The notes beneath the pieces are model-generated. The model did not search any database, was not told the origin of the DNA, and saw nothing but the letters and a program-made list of their open reading frames with translations. Shown here piece after piece: positions 1 through 9,572 of a DNA stretch of 32,000 nucleotides. A program made the translations under genes and the position numbers. How positions within the stretch are numbered: the stretch's first letter is position 1; the number at the start of each line of letters is the position of its first letter. The stretch is from Breznakia blatticola. Its GTDB lineage: Bacteria; Bacillota_I; Bacilli_A; Erysipelotrichales; Erysipelotrichaceae. The stretch is from the NCBI RefSeq assembly GCF_004365815.1, contig NZ_SODD01000001.1, forward strand, positions 30,001-62,000, written 5' to 3'.

Positions 1-304
1 ATAACGTTTGCCAACCATATAGAATGGTTGCATCTAGTGTTATTGAAGCAATCACAGGTGATGCAATGGTTCCGATCCCTAATTGATCACGATAGAAAAC
101 AAATGCGAGTGGTATCCAAATAAAGTAGAATAAAACTGTCGCATTTCCAATACTCGTACCAATTAAGATACTTACACCTTCTGAGAACACAGAAATTGCA
201 TCTCCGCCTTGGGTAGAACATATCGCAAGTGCAATTCCAAAACCTAAGATAATTGAACCTACAATCATACGTATAATACGTCTACCTACATATTCATCAT
301 TCAT
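1..304 (-). CDS. Polytopic membrane protein, N-terminal part (YczE/YitT-like); continues past the left edge
   Basis: Absent from the ORF track because no stop lies in the window. My reverse-strand translation from ATG 304-302 gives MNDEYVGRRIIRMIVGSIILGFGIALAICSTQGGDAISVFSEGVSILIG... RBS GAAGGTG lies 6 nt upstream. Hydrophobic helices; family call is weak. Confidence 0.5.
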   Translation of the reverse strand, partial: MNDEYVGRRIIRMIVGSIILGFGIALAICSTQGGDAISVFSEGVSILIGTSIGNATVLFYFIWIPLAFVFYRDQLGIGTIASPVIASITLDATILYGWQTL

Positions 305-416
305 GATTTACACCTTCAGTTTTCTGTAAGTGCTTTATATTTTTATATTTCATATTTCCTCCAATGAATTAGGTCACGACATAACTAATTCTTTTATTGT
401 TTTGATGTCGCAGTTT

Positions 417-449
417 TAAAAAAAGCCAGCTAGAAAACCTAGCTAGCTT
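417..449 (-). terminator. Rho-independent terminator after the phosphatase gene (end of the PTS operon)
   Basis: Minus strand: GCTAGCTAG-GTTTT-CTAGCTGGC stem-loop (425-447) followed by a U-run (417-424). Confidence 0.6.
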
Positions 450-520
450 TTCTAAGTTACCTTTTGGTATACTTATGAAATTTCAAACTATATCGGTCTT
501 GTTTGAATCTTTTATTCATT

Positions 521-1303
521 TTATTCTACGTACGTTGTGTCACCGATAACATCAACTGTGTACTTTCCATCTTTGTATTTCAGTACAGTAACACTGCAGT
601 TTGCAATTTTTTCACCATTATACTCACCTGGTGCGATCGCTTCTAAAATTAGTGGAATAATTCCTCCTGATGAGACAATCAGTACATTACTTCCATCATC
701 TCCAACCGACTCCATCATTAATTCCATTGCTTTTGCTCCACGTTCTTTAACTTGTTGTGCAGTTTCTGCAGTTTGTGAAGGGTCAACCTCTGCAATCTTA
801 CTTGCTAGTTCTTCTGCAGTCATCGTTTCTTGAATAAAATCCCAAAGTGCATCACTTTCCGTAGGGTATTCTACGCCAAGCGTTTCTACTACTGCTAGAT
901 TCATTGTGTCATTTGATCCACCTTCAAAGCTACCATAATTCTTCTCTCTAAATTCTAAAAGTTCAGTAATCGATGGAATCTCGTTTTTATTCTCAGACAA
1001 AATATACTGTGCAGTACTTCTTTGTCTACCTAAATCACTTGAGAAGGCATGACTAAATGCAACATCTTTTAATCCAACACCTACTTTTTTAGCTTGTTCT
1101 ACTCCAACATCAGTAAGCGGAGAATCACTCCATCCTTGTACTTGATTGTTTGTATTAAACCAAGTTTTTCCATGTCGAACTAAATAAATTGTAATTTCTT
1201 TTGATTCTTTCTTTTCTGCTTCTTCTTTATTTGCGCTTGTATTACATGCAGCCATTCCTACAAGTAATACAAGACTTAGTATCACTTTACATATTTTTTT
1301 CAT
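521..1303 (-). CDS. Histidine phosphatase (phosphoglycerate-mutase) family protein, predicted lipoprotein
   Basis: RHG catalytic motif (LVRHGKTWFN). N-terminal signal peptide with lipobox-like LVGMAAC. RBS GAGGG upstream; 51 nt after the GH1 gene, same strand. Confidence 0.85.
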   Translation of the reverse strand: MKKICKVILSLVLLVGMAACNTSANKEEAEKKESKEITIYLVRHGKTWFNTNNQVQGWSDSPLTDVGVEQAKKVGVGLKDVAFSHAFSSDLGRQRSTAQYILSENKNEIPSITELLEFREKNYGSFEGGSNDTMNLAVVETLGVEYPTESDALWDFIQETMTAEELASKIAEVDPSQTAETAQQVKERGAKAMELMMESVGDDGSNVLIVSSGGIIPLILEAIAPGEYNGEKIANCSVTVLKYKDGKYTVDVIGDTTYVE

Positions 1304-1354
1304 ATTCCCTCATGTATTAGATCAAATCTAATTTTTTATTATTTACGATCTGTT

Positions 1355-2791
<1,437 letters not shown>

Positions 2792-2811
2792 TTATATTGC
2801 CTCCATGTTTC

Positions 2812-3156
2812 TTAATTTTTGCAGCATTTGTGATACATCACTTCAAACATATCAATCATTTCATTAGCCATATTGTTTTCACTCATGATGGTCATCAATG
2901 TATCTTGTGCGTGGTTAAATAATAAGCTTGGTTCATATACCATTCCACGTGTTTCGTTTTGAATCACTTCCGTTTGGCTTTGATGTGCCAAGCGGATACA
3001 TTCCTTTGCTTCAACTAGACTTTTTCTTGCTGCTTCAAAATCTAATTCTTTCCCATGTTTCAATGCTTCTTGAATTCTGATACGTGCATCTCCTGCATGT
3101 AAAATAATCTGCATTGCAACACTGATTAATTCATTTTCTTTCATTTGTTCACTCAT
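2812..3156 (-). CDS. PTS lactose/cellobiose-family EIIA component
   Basis: 114 aa helical protein with IILHAGDAR and the phospho-His context NHAQDTLM. Adjacent to EIIC. Confidence 0.9.
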   Translation of the reverse strand: MSEQMKENELISVAMQIILHAGDARIRIQEALKHGKELDFEAARKSLVEAKECIRLAHQSQTEVIQNETRGMVYEPSLLFNHAQDTLMTIMSENNMANEMIDMFEVMYHKCCKN

Positions 3157-3175
3157 ACCCTATGCCCTTCTTCCA

Positions 3176-4429
3176 TTAAATGTTTGCTTTTTCTGTCACT
3201 GCCTCTGCTGTTTCAGCCGCAATACATTGTTTTTCATATACTTTGTAGAATGGATACCATGTTAATCCATAAATCACACATAATACGACATACCAGATAA
3301 TTGCACGTAAATCTCCATTTGTTACTAAGACAGAGTTGATTGGTGCTGGTACTTGTGCAATTTGCATTAATTGATCAGGAATATTTAGTAATCCACTACT
3401 CATCGCAAACCAAATCACAATTGGTCCAGTAATTGAGTTAATCCACATTGGCAACATCAATAATGGGTTAAATACAATTGGTGCTCCAAACACAAGTGGT
3501 TCATTAATGTTGAATAATGAAGGTCCAATACAAATGCGACCCATTGTTTTTAGTTTCTTTGATTTTGAGAATAACATGAAGAAGTTAAGCATTAACGTTG
3601 CTCCAGTTCCTCCCATCATAATAAGTGCTAATGTATATACTGTTTCGTTAGTTACGATGTTTGTTGCTGCACCACCAGCTGCAACAGCTGCAATATTTGC
3701 ATTGATTCCAGCCATGAAAATTGGTGTTTGTACTGCTGAGAATAGCCATGTTGAAATCCCCATTGTATAGAAGAATGCAGGCACAAATACCAATAGAATA
3801 AGTCCTGGTAATGTTTGTCCAAATACTTGCAACGGTAAGAAGAAATCTTCTAACGCTTGATATACATCAATTTGAAGTACAACTGTTAAAATCATTCCCA
3901 ATCCCAATGTTGCAATAATAGGAATTACTGTATTGATCCATTCAGATACGAAATCTGGTAATGTTACATTATTCTCTAATACATGTAGTTTTGCATATAA
4001 ATTAAATACGATAGCTACAACATTTCCTGAAACCATCCCAGTTAGAATACTTGATGGTCCCAAACGATCCATTAGGTTTGTTCCTTCTGGAGCTGCTGCT
4101 GTACAAAACATAAACATTAAACAAACAGATACAATCCCAACATTTACACTATAATGTGATAAATCTTTTTTCTCCATTAATTGATATCCCATCATAAATG
4201 CTGTAATCATACCAATTAAGAAGAAACTGTATGTTGATATTGGACCTAAGTCTGGTAAGAAGTCCAGATATCCTTTAAATACGTTGTAGAAGAAAATTAC
4301 CGATCCTGTAAGAATAAACGGTAAAATCTTTTGCATTGCGCTTGAAATCCCACTAATCCATGGTTTACTAAATAGTTTATTAGCTGCTGGTGCAAATGAA
4401 TTTGCTAACCAATCCATAAATTTTTTCAT
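3176..4429 (-). CDS. PTS cellobiose-family EIIC permease
   Basis: 417 aa polytopic membrane protein in the typical EIIC(cel) size range, flanked by EIIB and EIIA. RBS AAGGAG upstream. Confidence 0.9.
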   Translation of the reverse strand: MKKFMDWLANSFAPAANKLFSKPWISGISSAMQKILPFILTGSVIFFYNVFKGYLDFLPDLGPISTYSFFLIGMITAFMMGYQLMEKKDLSHYSVNVGIVSVCLMFMFCTAAAPEGTNLMDRLGPSSILTGMVSGNVVAIVFNLYAKLHVLENNVTLPDFVSEWINTVIPIIATLGLGMILTVVLQIDVYQALEDFFLPLQVFGQTLPGLILLVFVPAFFYTMGISTWLFSAVQTPIFMAGINANIAAVAAGGAATNIVTNETVYTLALIMMGGTGATLMLNFFMLFSKSKKLKTMGRICIGPSLFNINEPLVFGAPIVFNPLLMLPMWINSITGPIVIWFAMSSGLLNIPDQLMQIAQVPAPINSVLVTNGDLRAIIWYVVLCVIYGLTWYPFYKVYEKQCIAAETAEAVTEKANI

Positions 4430-4557
4430 TTTCTAATTCTCCTTTTAAACTTTTCTTAAGTTTCTTTTATCTCTTACAATCGTATTTGTGCTATACTTTC
4501 GCAAAGAGATATTCGCGTGTCTCTTGGAGTTAAGCTATCGCTTAGCTCTTTTTATTT

Positions 4558-4869
4558 TTATTCAATTGTTTGTATTGCTAAATCTAACAATGCTTCCCCA
4601 TTCAAACCTGCATAAATATCTTGTGGAATTACGACTACAGGAATATTATATGGTGCTGCCATTTGTTCGAAGTTTTCTAATCGTGATGCGTAATGTGGTC
4701 CAACAAATAAGATATCGATGGATTTAAGATATGCACCTACTTCACTTTCCGCTCTTGCATCAACTGTAGCTGCAATTTTTCTTTTCTTTGCTGCTTGTCG
4801 TGTCTTTTGTGCTAGAAACCCACTCGACATACCTGCACCACAGCATAACAATACTTTCATTTCATTCAT
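4558..4869 (-). CDS. PTS lactose/cellobiose-family EIIB component
   Basis: Active-site Cys motif VLLCCGAGMSSG. Start moved from the ORF-track GTG (4878) to ATG 4869, which lies 8 nt after the AAGGAGG RBS. Confidence 0.9.
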   Translation of the reverse strand: MNEMKVLLCCGAGMSSGFLAQKTRQAAKKRKIAATVDARAESEVGAYLKSIDILFVGPHYASRLENFEQMAAPYNIPVVVIPQDIYAGLNGEALLDLAIQTIE

Positions 4870-4901
4870 GATGTTCACCTCCTTGTGCTTTTGTCACCCT
4901 C

Positions 4902-4930
4902 ATTATCTAAAAATTGATTTTTTTGTTCAA
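4902..4930 (-). promoter_or_regulatory. Putative sigma-A promoter of the PTS operon (TTGAAC-17-GATAAT)
   Basis: Minus strand: -35 TTGAAC (4930-4925), 17-nt spacer, -10 GATAAT (4907-4902), about 25 nt upstream of the RBS. Confidence 0.5.
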
Positions 4931-4937
4931 CTTAACT

Positions 4938-4957
4938 TTTGCACCACCTAGTGCAAA
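4938..4957. promoter_or_regulatory. Palindromic operator candidate TTTGCAC-CACCTA-GTGCAAA
   Basis: Perfect 7-bp inverted arms. Lies 7 nt upstream of the -35 of the PTS promoter. Near-identical second copy at 5062-5083. Confidence 0.55.
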
Positions 4958-5061
4958 TCATGTTATGCAAACACATAAAGCACACCATAGTTCTTTGTTT
5001 TTGTGTATATTTTGGTTTTATACAGGAATCGTGAAGTGTATATGTTATGATGAAATTACAA

Positions 5062-5083
5062 ATTTGCACCACCTGGTGCAAAT
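5062..5083. promoter_or_regulatory. Palindromic operator candidate ATTTGCAC-CACCTG-GTGCAAAT
   Basis: Perfect 8-bp inverted arms. Lies 7 nt (counting 7-bp arms) upstream of the -35 of the regulator promoter. Differs from the 4938-4957 copy by one spacer base. Confidence 0.55.
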
Positions 5084-5089
5084 AACGGA

Positions 5090-5118
5090 TTGATGTAGAA
5101 ACTAAAGATTTCTATAAT
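5090..5118 (+). promoter_or_regulatory. Putative sigma-A promoter of the regulator gene (TTGATG-17-TATAAT)
   Basis: -35 TTGATG at 5090-5095, 17-nt spacer, -10 TATAAT at 5113-5118. RBS GAGGGG before ATG 5147. Confidence 0.5.
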
Positions 5119-5146
5119 AAAGTAAAGGAAACCACGAGGGGACATA

Positions 5147-7057
5147 ATGAATAAAAAATATGTAGATGTAATTGAACTTCTTTATAATAAAAACACTTCA
5201 GTTACCAGCAAAGAAATCGCAAATAGTCTAGGTATTTCTGTGCGTACCGTAAAAAATTATGTAAGTGCAATTAACCTTGAACATGGTGAGTCACTCATTT
5301 ATTCTTCAAATAATGGGTATCAAATCAATCGAAGTTCATGTGCTAAATACTTAGAAAAGGATACGTCCTATATACCGCAAACTAGTGAAGAGCGTTCTTT
5401 TGAAATTATTAAACGTATTTTAATCGAACATTGTCTACAACTTAATATTTATGATCTATCGGAAGATTTATTTGTAAGTTATTCGACAATTAAAAAAGAT
5501 ATCTCTCGAATGAATCATACATTCTCTAATTTTCATGTGGAATTTGTGATTGTAAATGATGCAATTCAAATTATTGGAAAAGAGAAAAACAAACGAAAAT
5601 TAGTAAGTTATGTACTTTATGAAGAAACAAATAAGAATTTTATGAATGCGGAGATTATCTCTAATAGTTTTGATACTTTACCAATTGAGCGTATCAACCA
5701 CATCATTGTCTCGACCTTCGAAAAGTATAATTATTACATCAATGACTTTTCTCGTGTAAACTTACTTTTGCATTTTGCAATTATTATTGATCGAATTTTA
5801 TCTGGTCACTCTATGGATGTACAAAATGAGAGTTTTCAAATTGATGATGAAAATGAGCGTTCTTTAGTCAATGAACTATGTCATACCTTTGAAAACGAAT
5901 TCCACATATCTTTCGAGACTAGTGAAAGATATGAAGTCTATATGTTATTTAAAACCAATGCAAACTACTCACTTCCAACAAATGATGAGACATTGCATAA
6001 AATTATCGGATTGGATATTTTGTCACTTGCAAAACGCATTGTTGAGAAAATTAATGACTATTACTTTATCAACTTAGATAATGAAAACTTTGTTACACCG
6101 TTTGCATTGCATCTTAAGAATTTAATTTTACGTGCATCGAATAAGCAATACACAAAAAATCCAATGGCTGAAAGCATTAAAAGTAGTTGTCCAACAGTAT
6201 ATGATATTGCAATCTTGATGGCAGTAGAAATTCAAAACCAATTCCATGTAGATATTAATGAAGACGAAATTGCCTTTCTAGCCTTACATGTTGGTGCAGA
6301 AATTGAGCGACAAAAAGTAAATGATTCCAAATTAAAAGTTATTCTAATTTGTCCAAACTATATGAAAATTGCAGGCCAACTATACAATGATTTACTTATT
6401 AGTTTTGGAAATCAAATTGATATCGTAAAAACAATCAATGCTGAAGAAGAACTTCATAAATATAGTTTTGATATGTGTATTACTGTTGTAAAAATTAATG
6501 CACCTATTTGGCAAGAAGTTGTCCTTATTCCACCATTTATTAAACAACCAGAGAAAAATGACATTTATGCGGCAATCCACAAAGTGCAAATTGATAAGCA
6601 AAACCGGATTTTAAAAAATGAATTTCATCGCTTTTTCTCTAAAGACTTATTCTTGGTTGATCCCGAATTCAAAGATAAAAATGAACTCATCAACATTATG
6701 AGTGATGCATTAATTGAACTGAATTATGTACCAGAAGATTATACTGAAAAGATCTTCGCAAGAGAAAATGCTGCTTCTACCATTTTTGGTAACATTGCAA
6801 TTCCACATGCAATGAAAATGGAAGCATTTAAAACCTGTGTTTATGTTTGTGTTTCAAAAAAAGGAATTGATTGGGGTACACAAAAAGCAAATGTAATCTT
6901 ACTTATTGCAATCAATAAAACAGACTCAAGAATATTCCATGAGCTTTATGAAGCACTTATTGGTTTATTCAGTCGTGAGGAAGTTGTCAATCTCGCAAAG
7001 AATTGCACAACCTTCGAAGAATTTGAAAAACTAATTTATGAACAAATCAATATGTAA
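5147..7057 (+). CDS. PRD-domain transcriptional regulator with C-terminal EIIB-like and EIIA(Mtl/Fru)-like domains (LicR/MtlR type; often annotated as BglG family)
   Basis: N-terminal wHTH (SKEIANSLGISVRTVKNYV). Two PRD-like regions with conserved His (LLLHFAIIIDR, FLALHVGAEI). EIIB-like KVILICPNYMK. EIIA-like GNIAIPHA. 636 aa, divergent from the PTS operon. Confidence 0.88.
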   Translation: MNKKYVDVIELLYNKNTSVTSKEIANSLGISVRTVKNYVSAINLEHGESLIYSSNNGYQINRSSCAKYLEKDTSYIPQTSEERSFEIIKRILIEHCLQLNIYDLSEDLFVSYSTIKKDISRMNHTFSNFHVEFVIVNDAIQIIGKEKNKRKLVSYVLYEETNKNFMNAEIISNSFDTLPIERINHIIVSTFEKYNYYINDFSRVNLLLHFAIIIDRILSGHSMDVQNESFQIDDENERSLVNELCHTFENEFHISFETSERYEVYMLFKTNANYSLPTNDETLHKIIGLDILSLAKRIVEKINDYYFINLDNENFVTPFALHLKNLILRASNKQYTKNPMAESIKSSCPTVYDIAILMAVEIQNQFHVDINEDEIAFLALHVGAEIERQKVNDSKLKVILICPNYMKIAGQLYNDLLISFGNQIDIVKTINAEEELHKYSFDMCITVVKINAPIWQEVVLIPPFIKQPEKNDIYAAIHKVQIDKQNRILKNEFHRFFSKDLFLVDPEFKDKNELINIMSDALIELNYVPEDYTEKIFARENAASTIFGNIAIPHAMKMEAFKTCVYVCVSKKGIDWGTQKANVILLIAINKTDSRIFHELYEALIGLFSREEVVNLAKNCTTFEEFEKLIYEQINM

Positions 7058-7068
7058 AGGAAGTAGTT

Positions 7069-7908
7069 ATGAAAGATCAAAAATATATATTTATCGATAT
7101 TGATGGAACGCTTTTCCATCAAAGTGTGGGAATCCCACAAACTGCAAAAAGCGCGATAGAAATCGCTCATAAACATGGACACCAATTATTTATTTGTACT
7201 GGACGCCCATTACAGGAAGTTGATGAAACATTTCGTCAACTTCCTTTTAAGGGAATCATCGCATCAAGTGGGTCTATTATCGAAGTAGATAACGAAATAC
7301 TTCAAGTCCATACCATTGATGAAGCCGATGCGAAACAAATGATTGCATCAATTGAAGCAATGCAAATAAGTTACAAAGTAGATACACCAAACTTCTGCTT
7401 TATGGATCCCTTTGTCTTTGATAATTTCAAAACGATGTTATTACATGAATTATCATGTGATGAAGATGAAGTATTAGCGTATATGGAGCGTACGGGTATG
7501 GTTTTACTAGATCAAATGACATCTGATGATATGAAAGAAATTACCAATATTACGGTGTTTAGTGATGATGTAAAGTCATTAGAAGTAATACAAGCTAACT
7601 ATACCGAGCAATATCATATTGTAAAACAAGTGATGCCAAATTTATCACTACATACATTAGAAATTAATCAAAAGGATATTAGTAAAGCACATGCCATTGC
7701 CTATATACTTGAAACCTACAAAGCAAACCAAAAAGATACGATTGCATTTGGTGATAGTATGAATGATGTAGAGATGATTTCCTATTGTGCAATTGGCGTT
7801 GCCATGGGTAATGCACATGAACACGTAAAAAGTATAAGCAACTATATCACAAATGATGTATGTGAGAATGGACTTGCAAATGCCTTTATTAATTTAAATC
7901 TAATATAA
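7069..7908 (+). CDS. Cof-type HAD-IIB family (sugar-)phosphatase
   Basis: HAD motif I FIDIDGTLF and motif IV FGDSMNDVEM. 279 aa. RBS AAGGAAG, 11 nt after the regulator stop. Confidence 0.88.
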   Translation: MKDQKYIFIDIDGTLFHQSVGIPQTAKSAIEIAHKHGHQLFICTGRPLQEVDETFRQLPFKGIIASSGSIIEVDNEILQVHTIDEADAKQMIASIEAMQISYKVDTPNFCFMDPFVFDNFKTMLLHELSCDEDEVLAYMERTGMVLLDQMTSDDMKEITNITVFSDDVKSLEVIQANYTEQYHIVKQVMPNLSLHTLEINQKDISKAHAIAYILETYKANQKDTIAFGDSMNDVEMISYCAIGVAMGNAHEHVKSISNYITNDVCENGLANAFINLNLI

Positions 7909-7949
7909 TTCCTATTATGTCCATTTAATGCAAGTATCTTACAAATCAC

Positions 7950-7995
7950 AAAAAGAAGAATCTGAGCTATAAAAACTCAAGATTCTTCTTTTTTA
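7950..7995. terminator. Bidirectional rho-independent terminator between convergent genes
   Basis: AGAAGAATCTGAG (7954-7966) pairs with CTCAAGATTCTTCT (7976-7989). An A-run lies before and a T-run after. Confidence 0.7.
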
Positions 7996-8301
7996 CTTAT
8001 GTTCTTCAATTGCTTTCAATGCTTTTTCCAATGTTGCTTTTCCATTCATCATTCCATAATCTTGCATATCGATCATTTTAACTGGAAGTTCAGGAAATTG
8101 TTTTTCTAATGCAGCTAAACGGTAACGGATCTGTGGTCCAAGTAGTATGATTTGCGCATCATCTACTTTACGAACTGCTTCGGATTCACCGATTGCCCAA
8201 ATATGAATATCTAAACCTTTTTCTTTTCCTGCTGCTTCCATATTACGTGCTAACATACTTGATGACATTCCACCAGCACATATCAATACAATTTTTATCA
8301 T
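7993..8301 (-). CDS. Orphan PTS lactose/cellobiose-family EIIB component
   Basis: IVLICAGGMSSSMLARN active-site Cys motif; 102 aa. ATG lies 5 nt after the hydF stop, with RBS GGAAGGA inside the last hydF codons. Confidence 0.88.
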   Translation of the reverse strand: MIKIVLICAGGMSSSMLARNMEAAGKEKGLDIHIWAIGESEAVRKVDDAQIILLGPQIRYRLAALEKQFPELPVKMIDMQDYGMMNGKATLEKALKAIEEHK

Positions 8302-8306
8302 ATAAA

Positions 8307-9548
8307 TTATTCCTTCCCTTTTGGTAAACTGATGTGATCAAGAATCCCTTGTATATGTGCAATGGTAATTCCATAGTTCGTAATTGGAATTCCTGCTTCA
8401 CTTGCTTTTTTGATTCTTGAAAGCACATACTTACGATTAAACATACATGCTCCACAGTGAATAATCAAGTCATAATTTGACAGATCATCTGGAAAATCAT
8501 TTCCTGAGACAATATCAATATGTAATGATTCACCAAACCGTTGTTTTAGCATACGTGGGATTTTTACACGTCCAATATCTTCTGTAAGTGGTGCATGCGT
8601 ACATGCCTCAGCAATTAATACTTTGCTGTTTGCATCCAGTAAATCAATTGCGTTTGCACCTTTCACATAACTTTCAATATCTCCTTTGTAATCTGCAAAT
8701 AGTACCGAGAATGAAGTGAGTTTACTTTCTTTTGGTTTCATTTCATAGATTATTTTAAATACTTGCGAATCGCAAATAATAAGATCAGGAGCTTTTTGTA
8801 AGGAAGTTAACGTTTGTGCAAACATGTCTGTAGTACAGGATACAGCAATCGCTTTTTTATCAAGCAAATCACGTAGTGTTTGTACTTGTGGTAAGATAAG
8901 ACGTCCTTTTGGTGCCTGAATATCTTGCGGCATAACAAGGACAACTACATCACCTTGTTTGACAAGTCCTTTTGTGATACTTTCTGGATCAAAAGCTTCA
9001 GGAATGTTACGTAGAATTGCTTCACGCACTTTTTCTATACCATCTTCTTTATTTGCATCTACCACAAGAATCATTTCATCAGAGAAACTACGAATTGCTA
9101 GTTCAATTGCACCAACATTTCCAATTCTCTTATCATTAATTAATAAAATGGTTTTCGTATTTTGTTCCTTGAAGAAATGATACCAAGCTTTTCCTTCTTC
9201 AATATCTTCATCTGCAAAGACAATAATTGCGATGTCACTTTTCAGTGAAGCAAGTCTTGTTTTTTCCATTCGTTTTTCACCTAGTTCAGTGATATCACCA
9301 AACCCAGCTGTATCAATAAAGACTACCGGACCAATCCCGTGTAATTCCATTGCTTTGTATACTGGGTCAGTTGTAGTTCCTTCTTGATCTGATACAATAG
9401 CTACACTTTGTTTGGTTAAACCATTCAGCAGTGTACTTTTTCCACTATTTACCTTCCCAAAGATTCCAATATGTAGACGATTTGCATGTGGTGTATTTTG
9501 TAAACTCATATTGCTATTGCATGTAGAATTTTTTATTTCTACACACAT
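8307..9548 (-). CDS. hydF: [FeFe]-hydrogenase H-cluster maturation GTPase HydF
   Basis: P-loop GKVNSGKST. C-terminal FeS signature CTH...(45 aa)...HCGACMF. The start is uncertain: the ATG at 9548 abuts GGAG directly, and an alternative ATG at 9509 has no RBS. Confidence 0.9.
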   Translation of the reverse strand: MCVEIKNSTCNSNMSLQNTPHANRLHIGIFGKVNSGKSTLLNGLTKQSVAIVSDQEGTTTDPVYKAMELHGIGPVVFIDTAGFGDITELGEKRMEKTRLASLKSDIAIIVFADEDIEEGKAWYHFFKEQNTKTILLINDKRIGNVGAIELAIRSFSDEMILVVDANKEDGIEKVREAILRNIPEAFDPESITKGLVKQGDVVVLVMPQDIQAPKGRLILPQVQTLRDLLDKKAIAVSCTTDMFAQTLTSLQKAPDLIICDSQVFKIIYEMKPKESKLTSFSVLFADYKGDIESYVKGANAIDLLDANSKVLIAEACTHAPLTEDIGRVKIPRMLKQRFGESLHIDIVSGNDFPDDLSNYDLIIHCGACMFNRKYVLSRIKKASEAGIPITNYGITIAHIQGILDHISLPKGKE

Positions 9549-9572
9549 CTCCTTTCCAAAGTATTAAGAACG

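Noticed and set aside
4488-4951. Plus-strand ORFs 4488-4727 and 4718-4951.
   Set aside because: They are antisense to the EIIB gene and its promoter region. They have no RBS and a hydrophobic, low-complexity translation.
4430-5146. RAT/terminator antitermination element for a BglG-type antiterminator.
   Set aside because: The regulator has an N-terminal DNA-binding wHTH (LicR/MtlR type), not a CAT RNA-binding domain. No RAT-like sequence overlapping a terminator was found upstream of the operon.
8243-8455. 70-aa minus-strand ORF bridging the hydF end and the EIIB start.
   Set aside because: It is out of frame with both supported genes and overlaps each of them. There is no RBS.
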